Shown here in pieces: positions 1-9,618 of a stretch of 32,000 bases of DNA. A model generated the notes under the pieces. The model saw only the letters and a program-made list of their open reading frames with translations, was not told the origin of the DNA and did no database searches. Position numbers and translations under genes: made by a program. Origin of the DNA: Aquifex aeolicus VF5 (lineage in GTDB: Bacteria > Aquificota > Aquificia > Aquificales > Aquificaceae); assembly GCF_000008625.1 (NCBI RefSeq), contig NC_000918.1, forward strand, positions 330,001 to 362,000. Reading direction: 5' to 3'. Numbering within the stretch: position 1 is the first letter of the stretch; the number at the start of each line of letters is the position of its first letter.

Positions 1-319
1 ACTTGAACTTGGGAACACTCTTTCCCCACTCAATCCAGCCGAAAACCTCACCGGGGAATACGAGCCTTACTATTATGCTCCTTCCGTCGGAAGTTTCTTT
101 TATTAACTTAACGAGACCTTCAACGAGTATGAATATCCCCGGTTCTGCCTCCTCTTCGAAGAAGATATACTCTCCCTTCATGTAATTCCTGACTTGTATG
201 TACTTTGCAACTTCTCTTAATTCCTGAGGACTCAAATCCTCAAAGAGGTGCGTTTTCTTGAGGAGATCTATTTTTAAATCCTCTGGAGTTTGCCCTTTGC
301 TAAAAGCTCCTTGCGCCAT
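1..319 (-). CDS. Crp/Fnr-family transcriptional regulator, N-terminal cNMP-binding domain (runs off window start)
   Basis: Manual translation of - strand from ATG at 319: MAQGAFSKGQTPEDLKIDLLKKTHLFEDLSPQELREVAKYIQVRNYMKGEYIFFEEEAEPGIFILVEGLVKLIKETSDGRSIIVRLVFPGEVFGWIEWGKSVPKFK; typical Crp cupin domain. GGAGG motif upstream. Not in the ORF track because it is open at the edge. Confidence 0.85.
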   Translation of the reverse strand, partial: MAQGAFSKGQTPEDLKIDLLKKTHLFEDLSPQELREVAKYIQVRNYMKGEYIFFEEEAEPGIFILVEGLVKLIKETSDGRSIIVRLVFPGEVFGWIEWGKSVPKFK

Positions 320-1355
320 CCTTTTCCTCCTACAACAACAGTTGGTTCAAAAACTACGTAATCTGTGTGAAAGGGGACCTTGTTCTTACCTCCGAAGGTG
401 TGGTTGTCCCCTATTGCTACGTGGATAGTTCCATAATCTTTTCCGCTTCCAGAATGTTGTCAGCCCTTCTAGCCTTCGGATTTGTTCCCACACCAAATTC
501 CGCAATGTAGCGGGCGTTAGGGTAAGTGTCGAAAACCCTCTCCAGTTCGTACCTGTAATCTTCAAAGCCCTCTATTCTCTCAACCGCTCCGTCTTTAAAG
601 TAAAGGGTTATCTCCCTTTCTAGTTTTCTGTTTGGAGCGTACAGAATTACGAGTTTTCCGAAGGCACTTTCCTCAATGGGTGCTATGAAAGCCTCTCCCG
701 CCGGAAGGTTTCCGTAAGAGCCGGGTTCTGTCAGGAGCCCCGTATCGGGAATCCCCTTCCTTCCCTTTATAGAAAACTCTAAGTTTACGCCGTAAGGACT
801 GCTGACCTCAACGTACTCACCTTCCGTCAGTACTTCCGCTATATCCGTGCTCAGCTTCGCAACGTAATCCCAGTCAACGTCCATCGGTCCTAAGAACATC
901 TCGGGTTCAAAGAGAGGCATAGACGCGTATCTCGCTTTAAAAACGTCTGTCAATACTTTTCTGTAAGTTGTGTGAGTGGTTGAGTAGTGGGAAAGGGCGA
1001 TTACAACGTTCGGAACTTTTTCGGAGTAACTTTTTAAAATTTCTGCGAGTTTTTCGTAATCGTAGGGCTCTTTATTCAAAACCTTTTCAAAAATTCCCTC
1101 TTCCTTTAAAACTTCTACAGCCTTTTTACCGAAGGTTTCAACCCACAGAACTTCTGGAGGTTCTTTACCGTGCTGTCCCGTAGAGGGGAAAACGATAGTT
1201 TTTACCTCCGGAGTTATACCTTTTGCTACTTTTTCAATTTCCTTTAAAACCTCGGATAATTCCTTCCTGTAGTCGTCCGTGAACGCCAGTAAGTACTCAT
1301 TACCCTTTAGGGCTAAATTGATTGTAAGAAGCTTTTGTATCTGAGGTTCAAACAT
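274..1355 (-). pseudogene. ampT: Aminopeptidase T-like M29 metallopeptidase, apparently interrupted by a 1-nt deletion near 431 (main ORF 417..1355)
   Basis: ORF 417..1355 has M29 features and ends ...GVGTNPKARRADNILEAEKIMELST*. Adding one G gives ...EKIMGTIHVAIGDNHTFGGKNKVPFHTDYVVFEPTVVVGGKGWRKELLAKGKLQRI*, the expected family C-terminus, ending at 274. Confidence 0.8.
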
Positions 1356-1381
1356 TTCTAATTAATAATAATAAAAAATTT

Positions 1382-2951
1382 TTATCGGATTGGTACTCCG
1401 ATTCCTCCGAGGAGGTACTTGAGATCTTCGTCAACAAACTCCAGACCTACACCTCCAAAAAATCCCCTTAACTTCGAGTTTAAAAGATCGTCCCCGCCGA
1501 ATCTAACGTACAGGTTCCTGTTTATGTACCAGTGAATGCCGATTTGAAGGTTCGGTTTCAAATCCTTATCCTGCGGTCTGTCCTTTCTCCCGAAGTCCCA
1601 GAGATCCGCAAACAGGTACTTGTCCCTGTAAATGTAGTAATCCGCTCCTACACCTCCGGTGTTTTCTTTAAGCCCACCCCTTAAAGTTAATGTCCTTCCG
1701 AAAAGGGAGAAGTTTCTGGCGTACTGGAGCGTAAACTCTGGCTTGAACTCCTTCTTCACCACTTCCCTTCCGTCGAGGTACTCTTCTCTGTAAACCCTTC
1801 CTCTTGAATCTCCTACAACTTCCAGCAAGTAGTACTTATCCCTGTCTGGAACAAGTCTGACGGAAAGTATTCCCTTTGAATCCCCTTCCCTGTAGAGTTC
1901 TCCCCTGAGTCCTATGTAGAGCTGCGTCTTTTCCACAACCTTTCCCGCCTTTCCTAAAGCTTTAACACCCTGATTCACGTTCTCGTAGAGTTCTTCGTCT
2001 TTCAGGAGTTTCCCGAGTGTTCCTTTTCCGCTTTCAAGATCTGCGAGTATTTTATCCAGTTTGTAGGAAGCCCTCGAGAGGTTTTCCGTAGTCTTCCTCA
2101 GGGAAACGAGCGTTTTGTTTATGTTTACTTTGTTGTTCTTAACAACTGTGTTCAAATTAACCGAAAGCTCCTTTAAGTTTTCAACCAGAACGGGAAGGTC
2201 GTCTTTTACCTTTTCCATTACTATTGAGAGGTTGTAAGCTATTTTTCTTATATCCTCTCTGTTTTCAAGGAGTATTCTGTCCGCGTCCGAGGAGAGCTTA
2301 TTCAAAGTAGCGAGGAGAACGGGCAGATCCCTGTTTAAAGATTCTGTCAATTGTTTTAAATTCTTCAGAGCTAAGTTTATGTTTTCCCCTGTTCTGTTCC
2401 GTGATCTCGTTTAAGTTCTTTATCAGGTAGTTTAGGTGAGCTATAGTTTGTCTTAAGTTTTCCCTGTTTTCAAGGAGTATGGTATTTAAGTTTTGGGCTA
2501 CCTTTTTAAATTCTTCCGCGGTCTGAGTCAGGCTCGCTATTAATTTATCCGTGTCGCTCACGGTTTTTACGTTCTTTATCTCACTTCTCGGTGGGAGTTC
2601 TCCGCTCTCGGGACTACCCGGCTTCACCGCCAGGTACTTGTCTCCCATGAGTCCCAAGGTTCCTATTGAGGCAATGGCGTCTCTGTATATGGGAATTTCC
2701 TCCTTTACTTCAAAAACTACCTTAACCTTCCCCCTCTCCAGGATTATTTCTTTAACTTTGCCCGCTCTTACACCTGATACCCTCACCTCCGCTCCCTTTG
2801 AGAGTCCAGCAACTTCGTCAAAGTAAACGAGGTATTCCTTCATTTTGGGTTGAAAGAAAGGGATTTCACCGAAGGTTAAAACCAGAAAGGCAAAAGCCAA
2901 AGAAACGGCTACTACAAAGGCTCCGAGTTTTAATTCTGTAGTGAGTCTCAT
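1382..2951 (-). pseudogene. MCE-domain (MlaD/Mce-like) lipid-transport protein, split by an apparent extra G at 2386-2389 into ORFs 1382..2350 and 2298..2951
   Basis: N-part MRLTTELKLGAFVVAVSLAFAFLVLTFGE... with MCE domain (YLVYFDEVAGLSKGAEVRVSGVRAGKV). Removing one G from the GGGG run restores ...NEITEQNRENINLALKNLKQLTESLNRDLPVLLATL..., joining both ORFs. Confidence 0.8.
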
Positions 2952-2979
2952 TCTATGAGAATAGTTTATAATACTAAAC

Positions 2980-3465
2980 ATGCTAAAAGAAGGAGATAAG
3001 GTTCCCAGTTTCTGCCTTCCCGGGATAGACGAGGAAGTAAACGAAAGGGAGATTTGCATAGATGAGTTTAAGGGAAAGAAAGTAATCCTCTACTTTTACC
3101 CCAAGGACAATACGCCCGGTTGCACACAGGAAGCCTGCGACTTCAGGGATAACCTGAACCTTTTAAAGGAAATGGGATACGTCGTGATAGGCGTAAGTCC
3201 TGACAGCACAGCATCCCACAAAAAGTTCAAGGAAAAGTATGGACTGAACTTTATACTCCTTTCGGACAAGGATAAAAAAGTAGCCGAAATGTTCGGGGTT
3301 TACGGGGAAAAGAAGGCTTACGGCAAGGTAACTAAAGGGATTATACGTTCAACTTTTCTTATAGACGAAGAGGGGAGGATAATAAAGGAATGGCGAAACG
3401 TAAAGGCAAAGGGACACGTAGCGAAAGTAATAGAAACCTTGAAGAGCTTAGAAGAAAAGCAGTAG
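2980..3465 (+). CDS. bcp: Peroxiredoxin, bacterioferritin comigratory protein type (thioredoxin-dependent peroxidase)
   Basis: LKEGDKVPSFCLPG...KKVILYFYPKDNTPGCTQEACDFRD; canonical Bcp/PrxQ motif. Confidence 0.93.
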   Translation: MLKEGDKVPSFCLPGIDEEVNEREICIDEFKGKKVILYFYPKDNTPGCTQEACDFRDNLNLLKEMGYVVIGVSPDSTASHKKFKEKYGLNFILLSDKDKKVAEMFGVYGEKKAYGKVTKGIIRSTFLIDEEGRIIKEWRNVKAKGHVAKVIETLKSLEEKQ

Positions 3466-4088
3466 AAATAGTAAAGAGACTAGAAAAAGTTTACCTCAAC
3501 CCGAGGCTCGAACTGGAGTACGAAAATGCCTTTCAGCTCCTCGTTATGGCTATACTCGCAGCCCAGGAAAGTGACAAAGTCGTAAACAAGGTAAGTAAAG
3601 AGTTCTTCAAAAAGTACAAAACTCCTCAGGATATAGCAAGGGCAAATTTAGAAGAACTGGAAGAGGACTTAAAACACATAAACTTCTACCGAAGAAAGGC
3701 AAAGCTTATTAAAGAGTGCTGTGAAAAATTAATAGAGCTCTACAAGGGAGAGGTTCCCAAAAGTGTGGGAGAACTAGTAAAACTGCCGGGAGTAGGGAGA
3801 AAAACCGCAAACATGGTAATAGGTGGAGCTTACAACCTTCCTGCGATAATAGTTGACAGACACGTCCACAGAGTGGTTGAAAGGATAAGTCTGAGCAAAC
3901 AAAAGAACCCTGACAAGATGGAGATGGAATTAAGCGAAATAGTCCCTCAGGAGCTCTGGACAAAGTTTTCCCTTTTGCTCCTAAACCACGGAAAGACTAT
4001 ATGTAAAGCGAGAAATCCGGAGTGTGAAAAGTGTCCGATACTTGACCTTTGTGAATACGGACAGAAGAACCTCAAAGGCAGGAAATGA
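3390..4088 (+). CDS. nth: Endonuclease III (DNA glycosylase/AP lyase); start uncertain
   Basis: HhH motif VGELVKLPGVGRKTANMVIG, VDRHVHRV, and C-terminal 4Fe-4S cluster C-X6-C-X2-C-X5-C (CKARNPECEKCPILDLC). Overlaps bcp by 76 nt; the true start may be downstream. Confidence 0.93.
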   Translation: MAKRKGKGTRSESNRNLEELRRKAVEIVKRLEKVYLNPRLELEYENAFQLLVMAILAAQESDKVVNKVSKEFFKKYKTPQDIARANLEELEEDLKHINFYRRKAKLIKECCEKLIELYKGEVPKSVGELVKLPGVGRKTANMVIGGAYNLPAIIVDRHVHRVVERISLSKQKNPDKMEMELSEIVPQELWTKFSLLLLNHGKTICKARNPECEKCPILDLCEYGQKNLKGRK

Positions 4089-5367
4089 AATCCTCTGCAA
4101 ATTCTGGAATAAGGACTCTGTCATCGTAAGTCAAAACTTCCTTTTCTTTTTTCAATAGAGGTTCTGTTTTTTCCCAGAGTATCTCCGTCTCCTCTGCGTC
4201 CAGAAAGAGCGTCTTGTCTCCCCTTATGACGTCCAGAAGGAGGGACTCGTAAGCTTCGGGAATTTCTCCCAGAACGTCTTTGAGGGAAACTCTCCAGTTA
4301 ATACTTTCCGTACACCTCAAAAAGCCAAGTGGAGATATAACGTTTACCCTAAAGGAAACTTCCTGCTCTGGATAGAGTTCAAAAACGAGTAAATTTCTCT
4401 CAGGAACGCAGCCGAGAAGCCGTTCAATCTCCTTCGGGAAGTTCTTAAAGTGGATGCACACCCTCGTCAATTTTTTCTTTAACTTTTTTCCCGTGGCGAG
4501 TACGAAAGGCACTCCGGTGAAACGCTCGTCGTCAAAGTGGAGTTTTACAAGGGCAAAAGTGGGAGCTTTTCCTTGATAACTTTTGTACTTTCCGAGTATC
4601 AAGCTCTCGGACTCAAACTCGGCACGCTTTAAGGCGTTCTTCAGCTCAAAGTGGAAGTCCTCCGCCCTTGGAGGGAGTCTCATAACGATTAAAGAGGAGA
4701 GGAGCAACATGTGATTCTGTAGCATGTCCCTTATGACTCCCACTTTCTCGTAATAAGCTTTTCTGCCCTCTACTCCCACCTCTTCAAGGGCAATTACCTC
4801 CACCTTCTCTACAAGACACTTGTTTAAGACTTCGGAAAACACGTAATTTGAGAACTTAAAGGCGAGTATATTTTGAACCTGCGGCTTTCCGAGGTAGTGA
4901 TCTATTCTGAAGATTTCTTCTTCTTTGAAATAAACGGAAATTATTTTGTTTAAGTCCTTTGCGTGCTTTAAGCTGAGGCCGAAAGGTTTTTCAATAACAA
5001 TACGTTTTTCTGGAAAGTTCAGGTATTTTCCTACGTTTTCTAGAATTTCCTTGAATAGGTCGGGAGGTACCGCAAGGTAAAAAACTTTTAAAGATTCTTT
5101 TCCTAAAATACTTGATATATTTTTATAACTCTCTTCCCTCTCCGCGAGGAATTCTACGAACACGAATAACTCTGAAAAATCCTTAAACTTTTCTTTTATT
5201 TCTTCAAACTTTTTCCTATTCCTGCCTAAAATGTAAATCTTCTTTAAATCTATTTTGTCTTTCAGTTTCAGGATTGCGGGAATTAATTTATTTCTGCTCA
5301 GATCCCCGGTTCCGCCGAAGATTATAAATTCAATCCTTTTTCTTAACTCTGTGTCTCCCGAACTCAT
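4072..5367 (-). CDS. zwf: Glucose-6-phosphate 1-dehydrogenase
   Basis: IIFGGTGDLSRNKLIPA N-terminus and active-site RIDHYLGKPQVQNI. Confidence 0.93.
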   Translation of the reverse strand: MSSGDTELRKRIEFIIFGGTGDLSRNKLIPAILKLKDKIDLKKIYILGRNRKKFEEIKEKFKDFSELFVFVEFLAEREESYKNISSILGKESLKVFYLAVPPDLFKEILENVGKYLNFPEKRIVIEKPFGLSLKHAKDLNKIISVYFKEEEIFRIDHYLGKPQVQNILAFKFSNYVFSEVLNKCLVEKVEVIALEEVGVEGRKAYYEKVGVIRDMLQNHMLLLSSLIVMRLPPRAEDFHFELKNALKRAEFESESLILGKYKSYQGKAPTFALVKLHFDDERFTGVPFVLATGKKLKKKLTRVCIHFKNFPKEIERLLGCVPERNLLVFELYPEQEVSFRVNVISPLGFLRCTESINWRVSLKDVLGEIPEAYESLLLDVIRGDKTLFLDAEETEILWEKTEPLLKKEKEVLTYDDRVLIPEFAEDFISCL

Positions 5368-6232
5368 ACCTCAAAACTGCCAAAACTTTGTTTTTAAATA
5401 GATCTTTCTCCCTTGATGAAAACCTTTCGTAAAAGGATTGAGCTATTACGGGAATAGGGGCTCCGAGTTCTACGCTTTCTTTAACGCACCACCTGCCCTC
5501 TCCGCTGTCCTCAACGTAACCCTCCACGTCTTCAAGGTCTCCGAAGTCTTCAAAGGCTTTAACAAGGAGATCAATCAAAAAAGAACGTATTACGCTTCCC
5601 TGCGAGTAAACTCTCGCAACTTCTCTCAAATCGTAATCAAAAGGAGACTTTTTTAGGAGCTCAAAGCCCTCTGCTATCGCTTCCATAATTCCGTACTCAA
5701 TACCGTTGTGAACCATTTTCGCAAAGTGCCCCGCACCGCTACTTCCAAGATAAGCGTACCCCTTTTCCTCGTAGGCCAAATCCTTAAAGAGCTTTTCGTG
5801 TTTTTTAAAGACTTCTTCATCTCCGCCTATCATAAAGGAGAAGCCCGTATCCTTTCCGAGAATCCCTCCGCTTACTCCAACATCCAGAAAGTTTACATCT
5901 ACTTCCTTTAGTTCCCTATACCTCCTCTGGGAATCTTTATAGTAAGAATTTCCTCCGTCTATTACCGTATCTCCCTTATTTAGAAAAGGTTTTAAATTTT
6001 GGAGAACCTCGTCCACTGCGGTGTGTGGAACCATTAGCCACACAGTTTTAGGAGAAGGGAAGTTTTTTAGATTTTCATAAGAGTTTAAAACCTTTATCCC
6101 TAGGTCCTTTTTGGCTCTTTCTCTGGTTGTTTGTGTGCGAGAATAGCCGTAAATCTCCCAGCCTCTGTTCTTGAGTCTGTAGGCGAGGGCAGAGCCCATG
6201 CGCCCCAGACCTATGAGGAAAAGTGTTTTCAT
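5330..6232 (-). CDS. gnd: 6-phosphogluconate dehydrogenase, short (about 300 aa) form
   Basis: IGLGRMGSALAYRL, VIDGGNSYYKDSQRR, LDVGVSGG, GHFAKMVHNGIEYGIMEAIAEG. Confidence 0.9.
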   Translation of the reverse strand: MKTLFLIGLGRMGSALAYRLKNRGWEIYGYSRTQTTRERAKKDLGIKVLNSYENLKNFPSPKTVWLMVPHTAVDEVLQNLKPFLNKGDTVIDGGNSYYKDSQRRYRELKEVDVNFLDVGVSGGILGKDTGFSFMIGGDEEVFKKHEKLFKDLAYEEKGYAYLGSSGAGHFAKMVHNGIEYGIMEAIAEGFELLKKSPFDYDLREVARVYSQGSVIRSFLIDLLVKAFEDFGDLEDVEGYVEDSGEGRWCVKESVELGAPIPVIAQSFYERFSSREKDLFKNKVLAVLRYEFGRHRVKKKD

Positions 6233-7032
6233 TACGTTCCCTGTGTGAGGCCGAGTTCCTCAGGTGTGAGTTCTTGAATAGCCTGTTTGAGATTGTCAAA
6301 AACTGTGTAGAAGTCTTCCCCGAGAAATCTCACTCCTTTTCCGTAGAGCTTCTGGAAGGCGTAGGAAACGATCTTGTGCTTTTCGTAGGACATGGTAATT
6401 CCGAGCTCTTCCGCCTTTTGATTTAGAACTATTTTTACTTCTTCCAGTTTTCTCGCCCTGTTTTCCCTCTCCTTTTCCGCTTCCTTCAGAGGCATGTCAA
6501 GGAATTCGTCCACTTTCTGGAGTATCCTCTCAAAGTAAGAGCCCGGGAACTTTCTGTCTCCGAGCCTTTCAATAACAAAACCTATCGTTATGTAGAAGGG
6601 GTATTCAATAAAGGGTTCAAGTTCGTACTCCTTCATGTCTGGATTTTGCTGAAGTTTTTCCATAAACAAGTTGTAAGCTTGAATGGCTTTTTCTTTGAGT
6701 GCAGGAGCTTTTTCAATGTTAAAACTCAGGATGTAATTTCTGAGCTCCTTAGGAAGTACAAAGGCGGGAACCTTTTCAAGTCCGACGATCTTAGCTGCTT
6801 CCAGTCTGTGTTGACCATCAATTACTTCGTAATACCCTTCCTGTTCTTCCGGAACTACCATTATGGGATCTATAAAACCGAGTTTTTGAATTGAGCTGAC
6901 AAGCCTCTCTATTAATGTTTCCGAAAGGGGTCTTTCTATGGGCGGGATAACGACTTTGTCCGTTTCCACTTCCTTGAAGATAATTTCGTATCCCTTTACC
7001 GGTTCCGTGTATTTGCATTCGTTCATTTTCAC
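6232..7032 (-). CDS. Stand-alone ParB/sulfiredoxin-like domain protein
   Basis: ERLVSSIQKLGFIDPIMVVPEEQEGYYEVIDGQHRLEAAKIVGLEKVPAFV is a ParB N-terminal domain with the DGQHRLEAA motif. No parA adjacent. Confidence 0.8.
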   Translation of the reverse strand: MKMNECKYTEPVKGYEIIFKEVETDKVVIPPIERPLSETLIERLVSSIQKLGFIDPIMVVPEEQEGYYEVIDGQHRLEAAKIVGLEKVPAFVLPKELRNYILSFNIEKAPALKEKAIQAYNLFMEKLQQNPDMKEYELEPFIEYPFYITIGFVIERLGDRKFPGSYFERILQKVDEFLDMPLKEAEKERENRARKLEEVKIVLNQKAEELGITMSYEKHKIVSYAFQKLYGKGVRFLGEDFYTVFDNLKQAIQELTPEELGLTQGT

Positions 7033-7113
7033 ACCTTCCTTTTTAAACTTTTTAAGTTCTCTTTTATAAAATTTATATCTTTTAAAGGAAAAGGCAAAGA
7101 AAGGGATGGAGAA

Positions 7114-8085
7114 TTACCACTGAGGAACGATTTTCTTCTTTCCACTGAGGAACTTATCCACCGCTAGGGCCGCTTTACATCCCATTGCCGCGGCAACTAC
7201 CGCCTGCTTTACCTCGTTACAGAGCACGTCTCCCGCCGCAAAAACTCCCGGAACGGAAGTCATCATCTCCTCGTTCACCACTATACAATCCCCCTCCGTC
7301 ATCTCAACCTGACCCATTAAGAAATCAACGGATGGCTTCGTTCCCCCGAGAAATATGAACACACCGTTCACCTCTAAAAGCTTTTCCTCTTTCTTTTCGA
7401 GATCCTTGAGTTTTATTCCCTTAACCACCTGATCTCCAACTATTTCGATGGGTCTGTGTCTAAGGAGTATTTCAACGTTGGGGAGTTTTTCAAAGTGTTC
7501 TATTACCTCGGGAGGTGCTTTTATCTTGCTTCCGGGAACAACGAAGAAAACTTTATTTGCAAACCTCGCTATAAATTCCGCCTCTTCTATGGCGTAGTCG
7601 TCGTCACCGATGACCGCAACGGGCTGGTCTTTAAAGAATGCGGCGTCACAAACTCCGCAGTAAGAAACTCCCCTTCCGAGAAACTCCTCCTCTCCCTTGA
7701 ACTTATTAGCCCTTTCCATAGCACCTGAAGCAACTATTATGGTTTTGCCCCTGAACTCCCTTCCGTCTATCGTGTAAACTTTTTTAGGATCGCTGTTTAA
7801 ATCCGTAGCTATCACTTTTCCCCTTACGAATTCAGCTCCGAAGCTCTTCGCCTGTTCTCTCATAATCTTTAAGAGCTCGTATCCCGAAAGCGGACCCGGA
7901 ACGCCTGGGTAGTTTTCTATCTTCTGGGTAACCCCGAGGGCTCCGTCAGCTTCCGCTCTATATAAAACCAGCGTTTTCCAGCCAGCACGTGCCGTGTATA
8001 TGGCTGCAGTCGTTCCCGCAGGTCCCGCACCTATTATTATCACGTCGTAAACTTTATCGGGTTGTTGCATCAGGCTTACAGCCAT
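7114..8085 (-). CDS. trxB: Thioredoxin reductase-like FAD-dependent pyridine nucleotide-disulfide oxidoreductase
   Basis: VIIIGAGPAGTTAAIYTARAG FAD motif, redox motif CGVCD, and ENYPG...GVFAAGDV...; NADPH-binding residues are atypical (see findings). Confidence 0.85.
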   Translation of the reverse strand: MAVSLMQQPDKVYDVIIIGAGPAGTTAAIYTARAGWKTLVLYRAEADGALGVTQKIENYPGVPGPLSGYELLKIMREQAKSFGAEFVRGKVIATDLNSDPKKVYTIDGREFRGKTIIVASGAMERANKFKGEEEFLGRGVSYCGVCDAAFFKDQPVAVIGDDDYAIEEAEFIARFANKVFFVVPGSKIKAPPEVIEHFEKLPNVEILLRHRPIEIVGDQVVKGIKLKDLEKKEEKLLEVNGVFIFLGGTKPSVDFLMGQVEMTEGDCIVVNEEMMTSVPGVFAAGDVLCNEVKQAVVAAAMGCKAALAVDKFLSGKKKIVPQW

Positions 8086-8227
8086 TTTCGTACCTCCTTG
8101 CGACAGTTGAAAATTTTACAACCTATATCAATATGTTAAAAGATAGAAAATTGCATAGCTTAGAGGGAACATATAGATGAAGAGAGATTTTTTAGAGGTG
8201 GGAACTTGGGTTTAAAGAATTTGTTAA

Positions 8228-9604
8228 TTATTTTAAGAGTTCTAAACCCTTCTGGATAATCTTTTCCACCTCTTCCTTGGTTGGAGTTTCTGCGTAAACC
8301 CTTATTAGCGGTTCCGTTCCCGAAGGTCTCATAAGAAGCCAAGAATCGTCCTCAAACACAAACTTAACACCGTCTATAGTTTTCACTTCCCTTACCTTAA
8401 ACTCCCCTATCCTTTCCGGCGGATTTTCCTTCAGCTCTTTTATTCTTCCCTTTATCTTTTCCTTAACTCTCAAATCCACCCTCTTGTAATACGCCTCTCC
8501 GAAACGTTCGAATATCTCCGCAACAACCTCCGAGACTTTTTTGTCCTTAAGATAAAGGAGTTCTAAAATGTTCAGAGCAGAAAATATTCCGTCTCTCTCC
8601 GGAAGGTATTCAGGTATACCGTAGCCTCCTGACTCCTCTCCTCCGAATATAACTCCTCCTTCTTTAAGGATTATTTCGTTTATGTTTTTAAAACCGACTC
8701 CGACTTCTATTAACGGAACTCCAAACTCCTTACAGATCCTGTCCGCCAGATAAGTTGTTGAAACCGTCTTTACCACTTTTCCCCTCTTTCCCTTATTTTC
8801 AAGAAGGTGGAGGAGGAGCATTGCGTATATGAGCTGGGTGTTTACGTAATTTCCCTTATCGTCCACAAGTGCTATCCTGTCTCCGTCCCCGTCGTTTGCA
8901 ATCCCGAGCTCCGCACCAAGAGCCCTAACTTTCTCTTTTGTAATTTCCATATACTTCTCTATCGGCTCAGGTGGATGTCCCCCAAAGAGAGGATCTCTAT
9001 CCTTCCTTATGTTTATTACGCTGACCTTCGTATCCCTGAGTACAAAATCGAGAAGTCCAGAAGACGTGCCGTGCATGGAATCGTGAACTACAAGCGTTTT
9101 CTTCTCTTTGAATAAATCCATATCGAAGAATTCCCTTATTTTTTCCACGTACTTTTTCCTGACTTCCTGATATTCGGGCTCGAACTCTTTTATCTCTACA
9201 CTTTCTATATCCTTGACTTTTTCTTCAACGTTTTTTACAAATTCCGGAGTTGCGGAACCTCCGAAACTTTCTTTAATCTTGTACCCGTTGTAAGCCGGTG
9301 GATTGTGAGAAGCCGTAATCATAACCCCGTTTTCATATCCGAGATACTTTACAGCGAAAGAAACCATAGGCGTAGTACAGGCACTTCCAACTAGTTTCGC
9401 CTCAAGTCCCTCACTTCTAAATACGTCGTAAACAGCTTTAGCAAAATCTTCAGAACGAAAACGCCAGTCGTACCCGACTATTACACGTTTTACCCCTTTT
9501 TCCTTTAAAACTTCCGCGTGCGCCTTTGCAACTCTCCTTACATTATCAAAGTTAAACTCTTCCGCTATCCTTGCCCTCCACCCATCCGTCCCGAACTTAA
9601 TCAT
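8228..9604 (-). CDS. Phosphoglucomutase/phosphomannomutase (alpha-D-phosphohexomutase family); likely start MIKFGTDGWR at 9604
   Basis: KFGTDGWRARIAEEF, catalytic TASHNPPAYNGYK, DGDGDR, and C-terminal RPSGTEPLIRVYAE. Confidence 0.92.
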   Translation of the reverse strand: MIKFGTDGWRARIAEEFNFDNVRRVAKAHAEVLKEKGVKRVIVGYDWRFRSEDFAKAVYDVFRSEGLEAKLVGSACTTPMVSFAVKYLGYENGVMITASHNPPAYNGYKIKESFGGSATPEFVKNVEEKVKDIESVEIKEFEPEYQEVRKKYVEKIREFFDMDLFKEKKTLVVHDSMHGTSSGLLDFVLRDTKVSVINIRKDRDPLFGGHPPEPIEKYMEITKEKVRALGAELGIANDGDGDRIALVDDKGNYVNTQLIYAMLLLHLLENKGKRGKVVKTVSTTYLADRICKEFGVPLIEVGVGFKNINEIILKEGGVIFGGEESGGYGIPEYLPERDGIFSALNILELLYLKDKKVSEVVAEIFERFGEAYYKRVDLRVKEKIKGRIKELKENPPERIGEFKVREVKTIDGVKFVFEDDSWLLMRPSGTEPLIRVYAETPTKEEVEKIIQKGLELLK

Positions 9605-9618
9605 AATGGAATATTGTA

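Noticed and set aside
3-185. + strand ORF MNLGTLFPHSIQPK...
   Set aside because: Antisense shadow of the Crp/Fnr-like regulator, which translates convincingly on the - strand.
8085-8227. Tracked ORF 8160..8342 - and the upstream extensions MEQGYRTISRKTLRPLQ... of both pgm ORFs
   Set aside because: These are read-through upstream of the conserved MIKFGTDGWR start. The extension is antisense/out-of-frame to the YjbH-like fragment, not a real N-terminal domain.
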